A DNA stretch of 64,000 nucleotides from the NCBI GenBank assembly GCA_905178155.1, contig CAJINV010000006.1, positions 3,568,169 to 3,632,168 on the forward strand, in the 5' to 3' direction. Positions 48,621-59,737 of the stretch are shown here, in pieces. Source of the DNA: Amoebophrya sp. A120 (Eukaryota; Protista; Dinoflagellata). Numbering within the stretch: the first letter of the stretch is position 1; every line of letters starts with the position of its first letter. The notes under the pieces were generated by a model. That model worked only from the letters and a program-made list of their open reading frames with translations, was not told the DNA's origin and did not search any database. Position numbers and translations under genes: made by a program.

Positions 48621-49818
48621 GAATATTTTTTATCAGAAGTATATTTTTGGCGCGAAAAATATTCGCTTGATTAAAAATTGGCTTGTGTTCTTTTTTTTCT
48701 AAGCCTCCAACCACTCTTGCTCTTGAAAGAACACGATTTATTTTTACGATCATGCGAACGCGAAGGTCACAAGGCAACAAAACTACATGGATGAAAGGAG
48801 AACTACTTACGAGGCTCCCGAGAAAAGGAAAAGAACTTGATGGCGCATCACGAGCATGATGGCAAATAAGGTTCACTGTTTTTTTACTCGTGGAGGTCCT
48901 GCAAGATGAACATCACTGCGTCGACGTGCGACACACTCCTACTTTCCTCCTAGCAAAAAATAAGTAACCACATCTGGCAAAGAACAATCCACTACGTCCA
49001 CCTTCCTCCCGCTCCCGTCAAATGCACCGGTGGAATGTTCTATGAACGCGAAAAACCAGCTGCAAGATAAGGCCATTTTCGTTGTTCATGCAGCACATGG
49101 ACATGCATCCGTTCTTTATCATCTCGCTCTCGCATATAATTTAGACTTCGAGGTAAAGAAAAATAAGATCCAGATCGCGGTACACAGGAGTGCAGGAATG
49201 CAAGAAACCGCCTGTGGTCTTGTCCCAGATGAAGACGAAGATCGGCCATATAAACACAGAAGTTCTACTTATTTGTGTAGTACCCAAAACGGTACTAGGG
49301 GTAGAAGGGCTTGTGATTATGCCGCATCAGCACTTCCTGATCTTCATATTCGACCTCGATGAAGCTATCAACAAGGTTTTTCGCTTTCGTATTCCCATAG
49401 GCGGGGGTGGGGGCACGAAGTTTGGCGAATTTGGATCCTTGGAGACCCGTTTTCCGTGGAAATTCACGTTCTTCGCCTTGATCTTCTTGTAATACTGGGA
49501 AGATGCTGCAGTAGAAGTAGAATTCTTCTTCATCCCGCCCCTAGTGTTGTATCTCGGCGGAGTTCTTGACAGCTTGTACGGCGATAGCAAATCCCCGCCG
49601 TCGTCCGAGGAAAGGCTCGCCTGCGATAAGCGTCGCCGCCTGTCTGGGTCCCCCAGGCCTAACCCACGCATATCCCCATTTAAATCAAGTACCAACGTCT
49701 CGTTCCTGAAAGTAAATCTGTCATGTATGTTGTCCGCACGATCATCGTATCCTCTCATATTTGTGTGTTCTTGCATCACGACAAACTGTCTTTTGTAAGG
49801 GCGAAGACCGTGGTGATT

Positions 49819-52800
49819 TCATTCTGTAGGATACCGTATCGGCGAGATCGAGGCAGCGGCGCCGAGCCGGGTCGGGGGAAGTGGGAGAGGTAGGCGGGGA
49901 AGGGGAAGATTGTTGTGAGATATGAGAGTGCACAAAACCCCCTCAGCCTTATTTCTATGGCATGAACAGCAATACAGGCATCAGCAACAATGCAGGTTTT
50001 GCATGACAAATTTGCAGCAGAGTGTAGTGCTATTTGGGGTGCCATAACTTGTCATGCAAACAGTGCCAAGAGGGGGCAAGGTGTGGATTTGGTATTTTGC
50101 ATGACAAATGAGGGCGGGGAGTTGTGCACTCTCATATGAGGGTGAGATGCTGCAGTGGAGTTGATGTTACTGCTGCTTCGCTCACGACCGCCGCTTCTTC
50201 CTGTAATGCTATTCAGAAAACCGCCGCGCGAAGCGCTATAGGATCTGCTTTTGGAGGATAGTTTCCCGCGTCCGGGTAGCCCACCTGTCATGCCGCTTTG
50301 CTCGAGCAACACATGGTGGTACAGCTCCGGGTATCGCACGAAAAAGTGTTTTAAAACGGTTACAACTGTCGAGGAAATTTTGCATGCAGTAAGAACGCAT
50401 GAGAGAAGTTGTTTGTTCTTCCTGCATAGCATGCATAAAAAGAGAGAAGATCTGTCATGCGTGACTGCAGTTCCTCAAAACTGTTGATGCCTACACGACT
50501 CTATAATTTCTGGTTGATATCGGATCTTGCTCGTACAGAGTGGAATACAGCTATCCAAAAAAAAAAAGAGCCATCCCCCTGCCTTCCCCATCCATCTCTT
50601 GTATGACATGTAGCGAGATCTTGTGCGTGTTTTGCATGGCAAATTGGCTGAGAATGTTATTTTTTTTTGTGCATAACAGCTTCCGAATCGATCTTTCCCG
50701 TTTTGATGTCGTGCTCCGGTGGTCGTGCTTCGTCGATGTGTATTTGGCCTGCTGATCGTGGTTTGCAAAAACACCACCACCCCCGGTACTGACAATCGCC
50801 GCCTCGGGGTCGGGAACAAACAAATCCGGGTCAAATTTCTTCCGGAAACAGCAGTAGTGGAGCACCGTGTAAAACCCGGTCGCGAAACAGCTATGCATTG
50901 CAAAATTTTTATCGCACTGGTACTACTAATTGCAGTTATGCATGAAGGTTGTAGTTAGGATGAATCAGCATGACAAATTCCATCTGTAATGCGGGTCCAG
51001 CTACTTCTAATGCAATGTCTCCTTAAAAGTACGATGTTTTTGGTTTTGCATGGCATAACAGCAGATGATTAGCAACCCGATGAAAATCACAATTGGGTTC
51101 TTTTCCTTATGGGATTCTCAATTGTTACACTCTCAGCTGTTACATGAATTTGTGATGCAAAATGACCATGAGGCGCCAGACGATCAAGCTGCTTCGCATG
51201 ACGAATTATCGAAGGGCTAAACAGCATGTAGATCTGCGCGAAACTTGTGATGCAAGACTTGCCACCTTGCCCCTTTCCCTCTTGCTGTTTTTGCATCACA
51301 AATTCGTGTAACAGTTCAGAATGTAACATTTGAGAACTCCATATTCTTTCAAAATCTCCACTTCGTAGATGTTGACCAGCAGATCGTGGAAGGATTTATT
51401 GTCTAAAAATTAACCATCCCCATCCAATTTGTCATGCAATACATGTAGTAAAGTCAGTGTTTGTCATGCAAAAAGTGCATGGGGATGGTGAATTTTCAGG
51501 AGATAGGACTCCGGGTGGTCGAACGACAGCTTCTCGGTTTGCAATCCGTTTTTATCCTTCAACGCACCGTAGCTGTCGTCATCGCAAACGAATTCGTAAC
51601 GGGAGCCGTCTTTGCACCGCAACTTGGCCGAGGAACAGCCGTTGTTGCAGTAGGTTGTGAAGACTCGTTTTTCCTCCTCTCCGATCCGGAACATGGGCAG
51701 TATCCAGAGTAAGAGCCTTGCCGTAGAAGTACTACTTCTCGCGGGGCTGACCACATGTAGTATCATTGTTGCATCACAATAATTTCATGTACGCTAGTTG
51801 TACCGTCCTTTTCAGCACGACAAGTATCAAGTTCGTTTGCTTTCAAGAATTGACTGCTTCCCAGTTGTGAATTCAACTTTGTGAAGATGCACTTGGTGCA
51901 CCGCTTACGAGTCCGCCTCCCTCGTGTAGCTGTACGGCGGCAAGACATAAATTTCTCTTGCATAGGCGCGTAGCTGATCAGACAGGTGCTGCTCACCAGT
52001 TTCAGGTCCGAATCCGCCTGCTCCTCGGTGCAAGTGCAGCCGTTCTGCACACCGTTCAGGAGGGGTCGAAACAGTTCTCCAGATTTGCAGATGCAGTTCG
52101 AGTATCAACTGCAAAAATGTCTGGGTCTGGAAGAATGCATGTTTGTCATGCTTGTCTGGCATGACCCTTAATTAAATCTGTCATGCACATTACCCAAGAG
52201 CCCCATCTTTCTGTGATGCAGAAACGCAGTTTGTCATGCAGAATAAGCAACACCTAGAAGCTCAGAAACTTGTCATGCTGATCCAGCATTTGTGGCCTCA
52301 TCATGAGACGCCACCGAGCATCACAAGTTTCCAGACACAGACATTTTTACATTTGATATCGAGGGAAACACGTTGTTGTCCGCTGCGGTACATTGCGGAA
52401 TCGAGTGGGGCTCGTTGACAGCGCGGCTATCATGATTTTTTATGAAAATGCAGAACTCAACTCCCCCTGCCCTCATTCTATGTCATGCAAAGTTATCAAC
52501 TCAACGCATGGTCGTGCCGTGTTCTAGGTGGTGTAGCTTTGAAAGCGTGTTGACATCAAGCAGCTTCAGAAGCTGACGCTGCAATACAACACTGGTCCGC
52601 TTGTAGGTGTAGCTTGTTGAGCTTAATCGTGCGAAACGAAACCCTCCAGTGTACTTACTGGTGTTCGTTTGGTTTATTATCACCGCCCTTCAATACCAAA
52701 AGAGGGCATCAACAGGGAGCTCTTCTTGTGCACTTTCGTACTTTCGGAAGATGCTGCACTACTGCTGGCCGAGGAGGACGAGGCGGAGACTACAGCGACC

Positions 52801-52931
52801 GTGCTACAGGAAAACAAAACGCAAAGCAGCACTGTCCGCGAAGCGCGACGAGAAAGCATGGAGAAAGAACGACGTGAAAACAGCACCATCTTGTCCTCGT
52901 TACGAATCTTCATAGGGATCAAGATGATCAA
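49819..52931 (-). CDS. Cys-rich single-pass membrane protein; 5' exons and C-terminus uncertain
   Basis: Signal-like VLLCVLFSCSTVAVVSA; Cys-rich exons (NCICKSG, NGCTC, YCNNGC); TM IVIFIGLLIICCFATGFYTVLHYCC formed across an introner; seven TIR elements; may extend to ORF 49327-49779. Confidence 0.6.
49921..50136. mobile_element. Introner family C
   Basis: TATGAGAGTGCACAA...TTGTGCACTCTCATA; DR TGAGA/TGAGG. Confidence 0.9.
50332..50519. mobile_element. Introner family H, right end degenerate
   Basis: TATCGCACGAAAAAGTGTTT left end; DR CCGGG/TCGGA; join QDP-ELY in frame. Confidence 0.65.
50552..50675. mobile_element. Introner family G-like, degenerate
   Basis: TATCCAAAAAAAAAAAGAGCCATCCCC...TTTTTTTTTGTGCATA; perfect DR ACAGC. 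Confidence 0.78.
50892..51057. mobile_element. Introner family B
   Basis: TATGCATTGCAAAA...TTTTGCATGGCATA; perfect DR ACAGC. Confidence 0.87.
51108..51343. mobile_element. Introner family D
   Basis: Family D TIRs; DR TTCCT/TTCTT. Confidence 0.9.
51397..51505. mobile_element. Introner family G (109 bp)
   Basis: ACCATCCCCAT / ATGGGGATGGT arms; DR GGATT/GGACT; join PES-FHD. Confidence 0.8.
52103..52358. mobile_element. Introner family A
   Basis: Family A TIRs; perfect DR TCGAG. Confidence 0.92.
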
Positions 52932-53753
52932 AATGAAGGTCGTACGTCAACGTCGAGAAGAGCAATTCAAGTACTTATTATCCTCGATACAGGCACTGCA
53001 TTTTCCTTGGTCGTGATCACGAACTTGTGATACAACAGACAGCTGTTGGTCAATATTTTCTACTCATCTCTCATTCACTTCAACTCTTCTACTTTCTGTT
53101 TGCCACCCTCGTCCGCTGTCTTAACCGTATGCTTTTTTCTTCATCTAGAACAATACTCTGCCCGCTCTGGAACGAAACTACTCTTCGTCGTTACAACACA
53201 GGTTACAGAACAGCCTGAATACCCAGACAATCCCTTTCACAATAAACGGAAACGCTACGAAATAAGCCAGGAAAAATGTCGCGGTCGTTGTTGTCCCAAT
53301 TTCTTTGGTGCGACCACAGCTGCCATGTTGTTGTACAAAAGGTAAGCAAACCACGCCTGGTGTTTCCGCTGTGACAATACAAACCCGTAAAACGACAGAT
53401 CACTACTTTGAGATATGGAGATCAGCGGCAAGAAAAAAAAATGAACTTTTTCAGTAATAGCGTAAATGCTGCGAGCCGAGTAGCAGCTCCGTGCAACTTT
53501 CATCAGTAAAGGAAAACTATACTGTAGTAATCGTAAAATGTAAATGAATGCTAAAAATTACAAAGATTCAAAATAATGGAAAACGAAGAAGCAAGACATA
53601 GCTTCGATGTGAGAAGATGAAGATGCGCCATGTACCTTCGATGGCGCGTTCTGCTTGTCATACAACATCACCTCCATCTCACGTGTTCACTGCCCAATAA
53701 AACCAAAGAAAAAGACGACTGCTCGTCCAACATTTTACATCCCCTTTCCTTCT

Positions 53754-55224
53754 TCACTCCGCTGCCGACACCACGGCTTCATCCGAGTTGTACGAGTATT
53801 CCGAAGAGGATCCAGAGAGCACGGTGTAGGCGTCCGCGTGGCCCTATCCAGGAAAAAAAACTGTGTAAGTGTAACTTTGTAGGAAGAGCAGCATCACAAA
53901 TTCGCTTTGCATTACAGGGAAAACCTGTCATGCGTAGCTAGTACGTGGAAACGCGTATGATAGTAGCCTATGACGCACTTCCAGCATGACAAGTATAATT
54001 GTTTTGCATTTTCTGCATCACACATTTACACTTACACAGTTTTTTTCTTGCTTAGGCCCTCGCCCCGCCTTCTGCGCTGGTCCCTCGAACGATCTGCGGA
54101 CCGGGGGCTGGAGTTTGCTAGTATCGTAGGGAACAAAAATGAACTGCCCCTACTTGTACTCGCCCTGCTTGCTCATTATGTAAAAGTAGTTCTTTTTTTT
54201 CTCATGCAAAAACCCCATCTACGTTACTACGAACTGCAGCTCGAAAAGCAGAAACTGCATCATGATCATCTTCTTGCTTAATATCCTTGTGCTTAAATAC
54301 GGAGTATTGTGATGGGCATAGGGAAAAACAAGCAACGGGGCAGCAGCTGTCCTCAGACTTTGGATACTTTTCGAAGAATGAAATGTGGACGATGTCGCAG
54401 ACGAAGAGCTGCTGCTTTTCTTCTTCTTGTATCACACAGAAAGAAGCAGGTAGGTCAGATCATTTGTAACGCAAAAATACACAAAAAAATCAAATCTGTA
54501 TGGCATATCCTAAACAGCAGGCTATGAGACCGCCCATGACAGACGTTTCTGTGTATTTACTTTTGCATGAGAAAAAATATCTATGACCTGCCTGCTTTTT
54601 TCTGTGGAATATCTTGCAGCACGGGCACATTTGCGCGCAACACCCACCCTTGTCCCGACGTGAAGATTCGTGCGCTGAGCTGCCAGGGTATGCAGTGCAA
54701 AATTCGTTTCATCTTCTCTTCCCGGACAGGCACAGCACGTGCACAAAATGCATGACAAAATTGACTAGCAACTTCCAAGAAGAGGTGGACACTTCTCTTG
54801 CCAAATACAATCAATAGTACGAAGTAGTACGCCCACCACCAGAACATTTGAACTGTCAAGCAAGAGTACGTACTACGGTAGTTTGTTATGCGTGTCCGTG
54901 AATTATGAAATTTCATCCTTTGGATACAGCGCCAATCCCGCGGTTTGTTTCCCGGCAGCAGCACACGGCGCACATGCAGTCCTTGAAGCAACGGCAGGTG
55001 CCACAGAAGCAGCAGCAGATGATCCAGAGAAGAAGCAGCGCCAGCACAACAGCGCCCGCAATCACGCCCCAGGTGATCCACTTTTTCCGCGTGTCATCAT
55101 CTCCGTCCTGGAGGAAGTTGGAAGGTGGCTGAACTACAACTGCTGCTGCAATTTGTTCCTCGACAGTGGTCATCTTCTGCAGCTCGGAAGCTGCAGAGAT
55201 CTCCATCTCGACGTGGGTATGCAT
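53754..55224 (-). CDS. Small single-pass membrane protein with Cys-rich juxtamembrane segment; downstream exons uncertain
   Basis: WITWGVIAGAVVLALLLLWIICCCFCGTCRCFKDCMCAVCCC; putative terminal exons flank the element at 53845-54054. Confidence 0.45.
53845..54054. mobile_element. Introner family H
   Basis: TATCCAGGAAAAAAAACTGTGTAAGTGTAA...TTACACTTACACAGTTTTTTTCTTGCTTA; perfect DR GGCCC. Confidence 0.88.
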
Positions 55225-57293
55225 TGTGATTGATTTCTTCTTTGGTTTTGGTCTTGATTTTAAACAGTTTGGTACCTTCACAACTGCGAAAAGCGAAAGA
55301 CGAGGATATAATAATCAGCTACCGTTTTTCATTTTGTAATTTCGAGAGCTTTCTGTTTTTACTGTACTTTGATAAACAATAAGCAGCAACCAATCGGGCG
55401 CCTGGAATAATATTTTCAAAGTCGACGTGACAAGAAAGTAAGTTCGATAACTTAGTCCTAGCAAAAAGTTTGGTATCCATGCAGCGGTTGTAGTCCTAGC
55501 GCAAAAAACATGCGGAAGCTCTTTGCTGAGCACATGTGGTAATTCGAGAAACTAGATTAAGCAGAGAACCGATCACTTCACCACGCTGAAGAGAAACCGA
55601 TGAAGAGAACGAAAAATGCGTCTCCGTGCGTGAAACCGAAGGAATGGGATACAACTTGCAAGCGAGGAACCGAATTAAACCGAGGAGCGCCCGCGTGGGC
55701 GTGGCCAACTGAGGTGGCAAAGTAAATAAACAAAAGAAACCGAGCAAATCCAAATTGATGTCGCACCACCGAAAATATATGTATCACAATCACTATCATC
55801 ATGGCAAACCGAAAACCTGTTGCACAATATCAGAGCGTGACCGATCATAAGGCGCCGTCTGACCGAGAAGGCGCCGTCGACGAGAAATCTCCGCATGACG
55901 ACGAAGGACTTCATCAGATGCAACCAGTGTCGTGCACCACTACAGATCTCCACTTAGCGGCGTTTTTTTTTACTTAATTCGCAGAAGTTTGATGTTAGAG
56001 ATCAGAAACAACCTTTAGTCGTAGAAATGCGCTGCAGTAAGTTTCAAGTCCAAGTCGTAGTTTTTTCTTGTCGAATCCAGCAGCTTCACCGCGGGGGCCT
56101 GAGTACTTCTCCGGAAGGAGCAGTTGCAACAGTAGCCCGATTTTTTAGTCCTGGTAACGTCGATAGCAAATTTTCACGTTCACGCTGCTGGAAACGACGG
56201 CAATTCTACTTTCACAGCTCTCTAGATAGTAGTTTGTTCGGCAGATGAAGTACAAGTACTCTTGAATTTTTTCTACATTATCCTCTCTACTAGTCGTTAT
56301 TCTTCGTTCTTCTCTTGAATTTATTTTCTGTATTTCAACGGTTAGTGAACTATGTCAGGACAATGTGATTGGTAATGCATAGAAGTCAAAAAATAAAAAA
56401 TAGTGCGTGCGAGATGACGGGAATAAAGTTTAGCATAAGCATGTGTAAGTTGTTGTAACAGGAGATGAAAGTAAAAGGCTAAGTGTAGTGGTCATGTGAG
56501 ATTATAATTTATGTAAAATATTTAAGAAGTAAATGAGGTTACAAAAACAAAACGTAAAAACAAAAGGAGCTTGTTGAAAACAAAATTTTCGAAAGCTAGA
56601 GGAAAAGCTAGCCGCCTGGCACGATTAGAAAATTCGCGTCAAGCAACTAGACCTGTACAGATAGTCGACTACTGCTCGTTGACGATGACGGCTTTGGCAC
56701 ATCTACCTCTCAGGGGAATTGAAGGCCCGACACTCTACTTCGAGCCCAACATGTAGACACGGCAAGCCAGCGCTACTTTCTGGTGCGTCGTAAAATTTCT
56801 CTTACCCGCCTCACTTTCGTGTCTACTGCGCGATACGATAAATGTAAGTAGTCGTGCTCCTCCTGCTAGTAGTAAATCTAGAGCTAGTCGATATCAAGTA
56901 CATCCAGAATATCCCATCACAATTTGCAGCTGAAAAGCCATGTAGCGTGCATCCGGTTCCTGTGTAAAAACTAGTAGCGAAATGCGAGCTCCTGGCACCA
57001 CAGTCACAATTGATTGTGATTCGTTCGCTTCAATTCCGCGAGCGGATTTATCCGCCATTTTTAGCTGGGACTGCGACTGGCTGCGGATAAGAAGTTCGGA
57101 AAAATGGTCCCGACGATGTAGTCTTGGAAGGCGAATAAATGAGACGGAAAAATGGTGGTCTTGGAAAGCTCTTCACTCTTGTTCTCTTGTGCGAAATCGA
57201 AGCAACTCCTCGCCCCTCAAGGCCGTGAAGCTGAGAATTATATCGAGAAACGCCTTTTTGAGTTCGTCTTCGTTCTTCTCCCTGTTTTTTCTT

Positions 57294-59737
57294 TCAGTTC
57301 GCATTCTTGGACTTGCGCAGGTATTGCGCCACTGACATCACCGTTTCTTCGTCGCTCGCGTTCGAGTCTTCTTCGTCCGACCCCGTTTCCGAACTGCCCA
57401 CAGCCTGTCCCATCACCACGGGCGCGCCACTTTCCCCCTCCGGGGAGGCGGGGATTTGTTCTTTCCCCGCTTTGTTCTTTCCCTTGTTCATTTTTCCACC
57501 CTTCTTGCCCTTGCCCTTTTTTCCGCCCTTCGCGGACATGGAGTGTTTGGACAGCGGCTTCGTATGAAATGCAAATATGTCTGGGTCTGGAAGGTTCCGA
57601 GATTTGTCATGCAGTTTTTCCAAGCTCCGCCAACAAGTCTGAAATGCAGGGCCCAGCATCACAGGTTCTGCAGCTCCTTAGTGATGCCTGTTCCGCATGA
57701 GAAGTGCCCTCTCAGTTTGGCCAGAAATAGGCACCTTTTGGTGCAAGCCATGCAAGACAGATTTTTGCAGGATGCGCAACACGCATCACAAGTTCGCAGC
57801 CTTCCAGACCCAGGCATATTTGCAATGCATACTTCGTTTCATCGTCGTAAAGGCCCGCGATCGGCGATTCTTCGTCCTATGCAGTGCAAAAGTATCGCAC
57901 TAACGTAAATGCATTACAGATTTCCTGAGCATGAGAAATAAAATTTGTAATGCTGATTTACCTTAAGAAAAAGATTTGTAATGCATGATCGCAATACAAC
58001 GAATACGATACTTTTCCCCTCCATACGTCCCCTTCATCGACCAGCTGATTTTCCACGTCCGCCTGGCCTTCGCCGTAGCGGGAGCGGCCCGAAAACCGCG
58101 CCGGGCCGGTCACCAGCCCGCCCTGCCAGTAGTCACCTCCGCCACCATACCCGCCATCATTGTAGCCGCCGCCACCGTAACCGCCGCCGCCTCCGTAGCC
58201 ACCGTAGTCATCGTAGCCGCCACCGCCGCCGTAGGCTCCGCCGCCGCCCCAGTACCAGTCGTCTTCGCCCCACTCGTCCCAGTCCCCATCGCCACCGGCA
58301 GCTGCGTATGCATTGCAAAAGTATCGCACTCGATGTACTGATCGCATTTATGCATTACAAATTTCTATATGTCAAGATGAATCCGCATGACAAACAAGGC
58401 CCACCCGAGCGTGGGGACAGGGTCCCCACGCTGGGGCCTTGTGCTCGTCCCTAGTGGCGCTAGTGGGGGAAGGGTGTTCGGCATCGGGGCGGACAGCGTC
58501 CGCCCCTCGCCTCACACCAGGCGCGCGCGTAGTGGCTTAGTGCGCGAAACGCTAGTGGGGGAAGGGTGTTCGGCTTCGGGACGGACAGCGTCCGCCCCTC
58601 GCCTCACACCAGGCGCGCGCGTAGTGGATCAGTGCGCGAAGCGCTAGTGGAAAAAGGGCGAATTAGGCGCCCTGCATTTTGCAAGAAAAAAGAAAAATAG
58701 AAGCAAAGTAAATATCTCTGTGTGGCTTCTGCAAAAAAGTTCTCTAACATTGAAGCGCAACGCCTTTCCGATTCCACAGAGCAAAGTAAGCAGCTGTCTC
58801 CTGGCCGTGCATTGCAGAGATAGCCGCTTACTTATTTTTCCATGGCACCGCAAAGGCTTCTTTGCTTATGGAGGCAGTTTGTGTTACGGCATTAATCTTT
58901 TTCATTTTTTGCGTCGCGTTTCTTTTTTTTTGGCGCTTTTAATTTATTTTTCACGTCAAGAGCGGCATTTGGCGTGAAAAATAAATATTTGCGCCCAGGC
59001 GCTGGCCTCGCCTTTGCTTTATCCTCTCGCTTCGCCTGTCGCGGCCAACTGTCCAGGTCACCTGTCAAGGTCACCTGTCAAGGTCACCTGTCAAGGTCGC
59101 CTGTCAATGTCACCTGTCGCGGTTACCTGCCAAGGTCACCTGTCGCCGGGGGGTAGGCGGGACCAGAACCCGGAAGTCAAGCAATGTAAATATTAATCTC
59201 ATTTCTCATGCTGAGGAAATTATTTGTCATGCGCATTATACTAGATCTAGAACTAGTACGCTACTTTTGCAGTGCATACTGCGTCCTTGTCCTTGTCCTT
59301 CTTTTTGCAACAACAGCAAAACTTCTTCCCACACCAGGTACGCGTATGACAGTGCACAAGAGCTCCCACTCCCCTCCTTTGTATTGCATGAACAGCATTA
59401 CAAGCACCAGTGCATGTGAACCCTGTGCATGACAAGTTCATGCGCCGAGTGTAGAAGTACTGTTTGGATTTCCGGAATTTGTCATGCATGCGGAGGTGCC
59501 ACAAGGTAGCAACTGTATTTGGGTTTTTGCATGACAAATGAGGGGGATGGGGTGCTCCTGTTGTGCACTCTCATAACGCGCCCGGCCGATGCACGACGCG
59601 CCGCGGCAGCAACAACACATCGCGCCCAGAATGAGGGCGAACACGGCGACGCCACCGAGCACATACCACACAATGGGATCACCGGTCGTGTCCGTTACTG
59701 CCTGCGTCACGGCCTCCGCGCCGCGTAAACGGACCAT
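57294..59737 (-). CDS. Single-pass membrane protein with Cys clusters, Gly/Tyr-rich region and Lys-rich tail (5 exons)
   Basis: TM IVWYVLGGVAVFALILGAMCCCC; in-frame joins over four TIR elements, all with perfect DRs; GGGY repeats; KGGKKGKGKK tail. Confidence 0.82.
57563..57831. mobile_element. Introner family A
   Basis: Family A TIRs; perfect DR CTTCG. Confidence 0.92.
57878..58025. mobile_element. Introner family B
   Basis: Family B TIRs; perfect DR CGTCC. Confidence 0.9.
58459..58650. repeat. 92-bp tandem duplication within introner cargo
   Basis: GCTAGTGG recurs at 58459, 58551 and 58643 with near-identical intervening sequence. Confidence 0.85.
59041..59144. repeat. 13-bp minisatellite (AAGGTCACCTGTC) x8 within introner cargo
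   Basis: Eight consecutive units, several identical. Confidence 0.9.
59345..59575. mobile_element. Introner family C
   Basis: TATGACAGTGCACAA...TTGTGCACTCTCATA; perfect DR ACGCG. Confidence 0.92.

Larger units (their letters stand above)
58307..59278. mobile_element. Introner family B with ~800-bp repeat-rich cargo
   Basis: Family B TIRs, perfect DR CTGCG; normal internal sequence is interrupted at ~58395 and resumes at ~59201. Confidence 0.88.

Noticed and set aside
49327-49920. Firm C-terminus for the Cys-rich membrane gene
   Set aside because: The 5-bp rule leads to a stop at 49819, while other frames look more protein-like; this cannot be resolved without cDNA.
52428-52500. Possible family C remnant
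   Set aside because: Only one TIR-like half (AACTCCCCCTGCCCTCATT) and no matching direct repeat, so not counted.
11388-57908. Recurring peptides such as FQTQT, VWVWK, SGSGR, MRVHNS, NVTFSTV as a protein repeat family
   Set aside because: They are translations of introner TIRs read through by ORF prediction.
9043-59575. Recurring 30-37 bp repeats as a CRISPR array
   Set aside because: The repeats are inverted pairs around dispersed elements in a eukaryotic gene context, not direct repeats with unique spacers; no cas genes.
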